Origin: Vicugna vicugna
Taxonomy: Eukaryota
Length of the DNA: 64,000 nt
Assembly (NCBI GenBank): GCA_013265495.1
Contig: MU061538.1
Coordinates: 2,634,865-2,698,864 of the forward strand
Direction of reading: 5' to 3'
Shown: one piece after another, positions 63,630 to 64,000 of the stretch
Numbering within the stretch: position 1 is the stretch's first letter
How the letters are laid out: every line of letters starts with the position of its first letter
Notes under the pieces: generated by a model
Database searches by the model: none
What the model was told of the DNA's origin: nothing
Seen by the model: the letters and a program-made list of their open reading frames with translations, nothing else
Program-made: the position numbers and the translations under genes

Positions 63630-64000
63630 GAGCCTGAGAAGATTCTGCATCTTGTTCTCACTGGCCCTGTGAGCAGGTGTCCTCCTCTGGGCACCACCGC
63701 TCCCTCCCTCACCTCCACATCCAGGACCCCCAGCTCTCCCCGATCCTTCCCGGCCTTCAGGTGTCTGCCCAAGTTCAGGTTTCTCTGCAGGTCTGTTTTG
63801 AATGCTTGCAGATCCCAGGGACCTCCTCCTTCTCCACCGAGGGTCACACACGGCAGGTGTGTGCGGTTTAATATTAGAATGCCTCAAATTGCCTCTCCTG
63901 CTCGCGTCTTCATGCCTCGTTCCCTGCCATAACTGAGAATCTCCCAGAAGAGCAGGGGGTGCCACCTCTCCGCCACCAGAAGGCACAGGCCTTGCCTCCA

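Larger units (their letters stand above)
19178..64000 (-). other. DPP6: 3' part of the very long DPP6 intron 1; known alternative first exons presumably lie beyond the window
   Basis: Upstream of the first common exon. None of the N-termini I recall (L, S, K, E/DPP6a) was found here. Confidence 0.85.

Noticed and set aside
63950..63990. CTCF-like motifs (also near 60315-60330)
   Set aside because: Mismatches at core positions; common in GC-rich sequence.
19178..64000. DPP6-E/DPP6a first exon (MNQTA...)
   Set aside because: Manual scan for minus-strand ATG AAC/AAT CAR found only starts that stop or diverge at once (for example ATG AAC CAA AGA TGA near 35370). A TBLASTN would settle it.

Overview
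Mammalian genomic DNA, most likely a camelid (Camelus/Vicugna), judged from seven tRNA-derived vic-1-type SINE copies and artiodactyl-type L1 3' ends. The whole window lies inside DPP6 (dipeptidyl peptidase-like 6, the Kv4 channel auxiliary subunit) on the minus strand. Only two coding exons are identifiable: 19177-19063 (115 nt, juxtamembrane plus transmembrane segment) and 1791-1693 (99 nt). Both have canonical AG/GT sites and compatible phases. The rest is intron (about 45 kb of intron 1, all of the 17.3 kb intron 2, and the start of intron 3), rich in L1, L2, MIR, MaLR/ERV LTRs, MER5/Tigger relics and simple repeats. Apart from the two DPP6 exon frames and L1 ORF2 remnants, I could not assign any ORF-track entry. 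I see no convincing new multi-gene system. The best leads are: a CpG-rich, ATG-initiated, phase-0 candidate alternative first exon of DPP6 (54829-54662); a near-consensus REST/RE1 site (48847-48867); an L1 with a probable 3' transduction; a rearranged 5'-inverted L1; a tail-less SINE with about 245 bp of unexplained sequence inside TSD-like repeats; and strongly AT-to-GC-biased decay of old repeats. Repeat family names come from recalled consensus sequences, not a database run, and most repeat boundaries are approximate.
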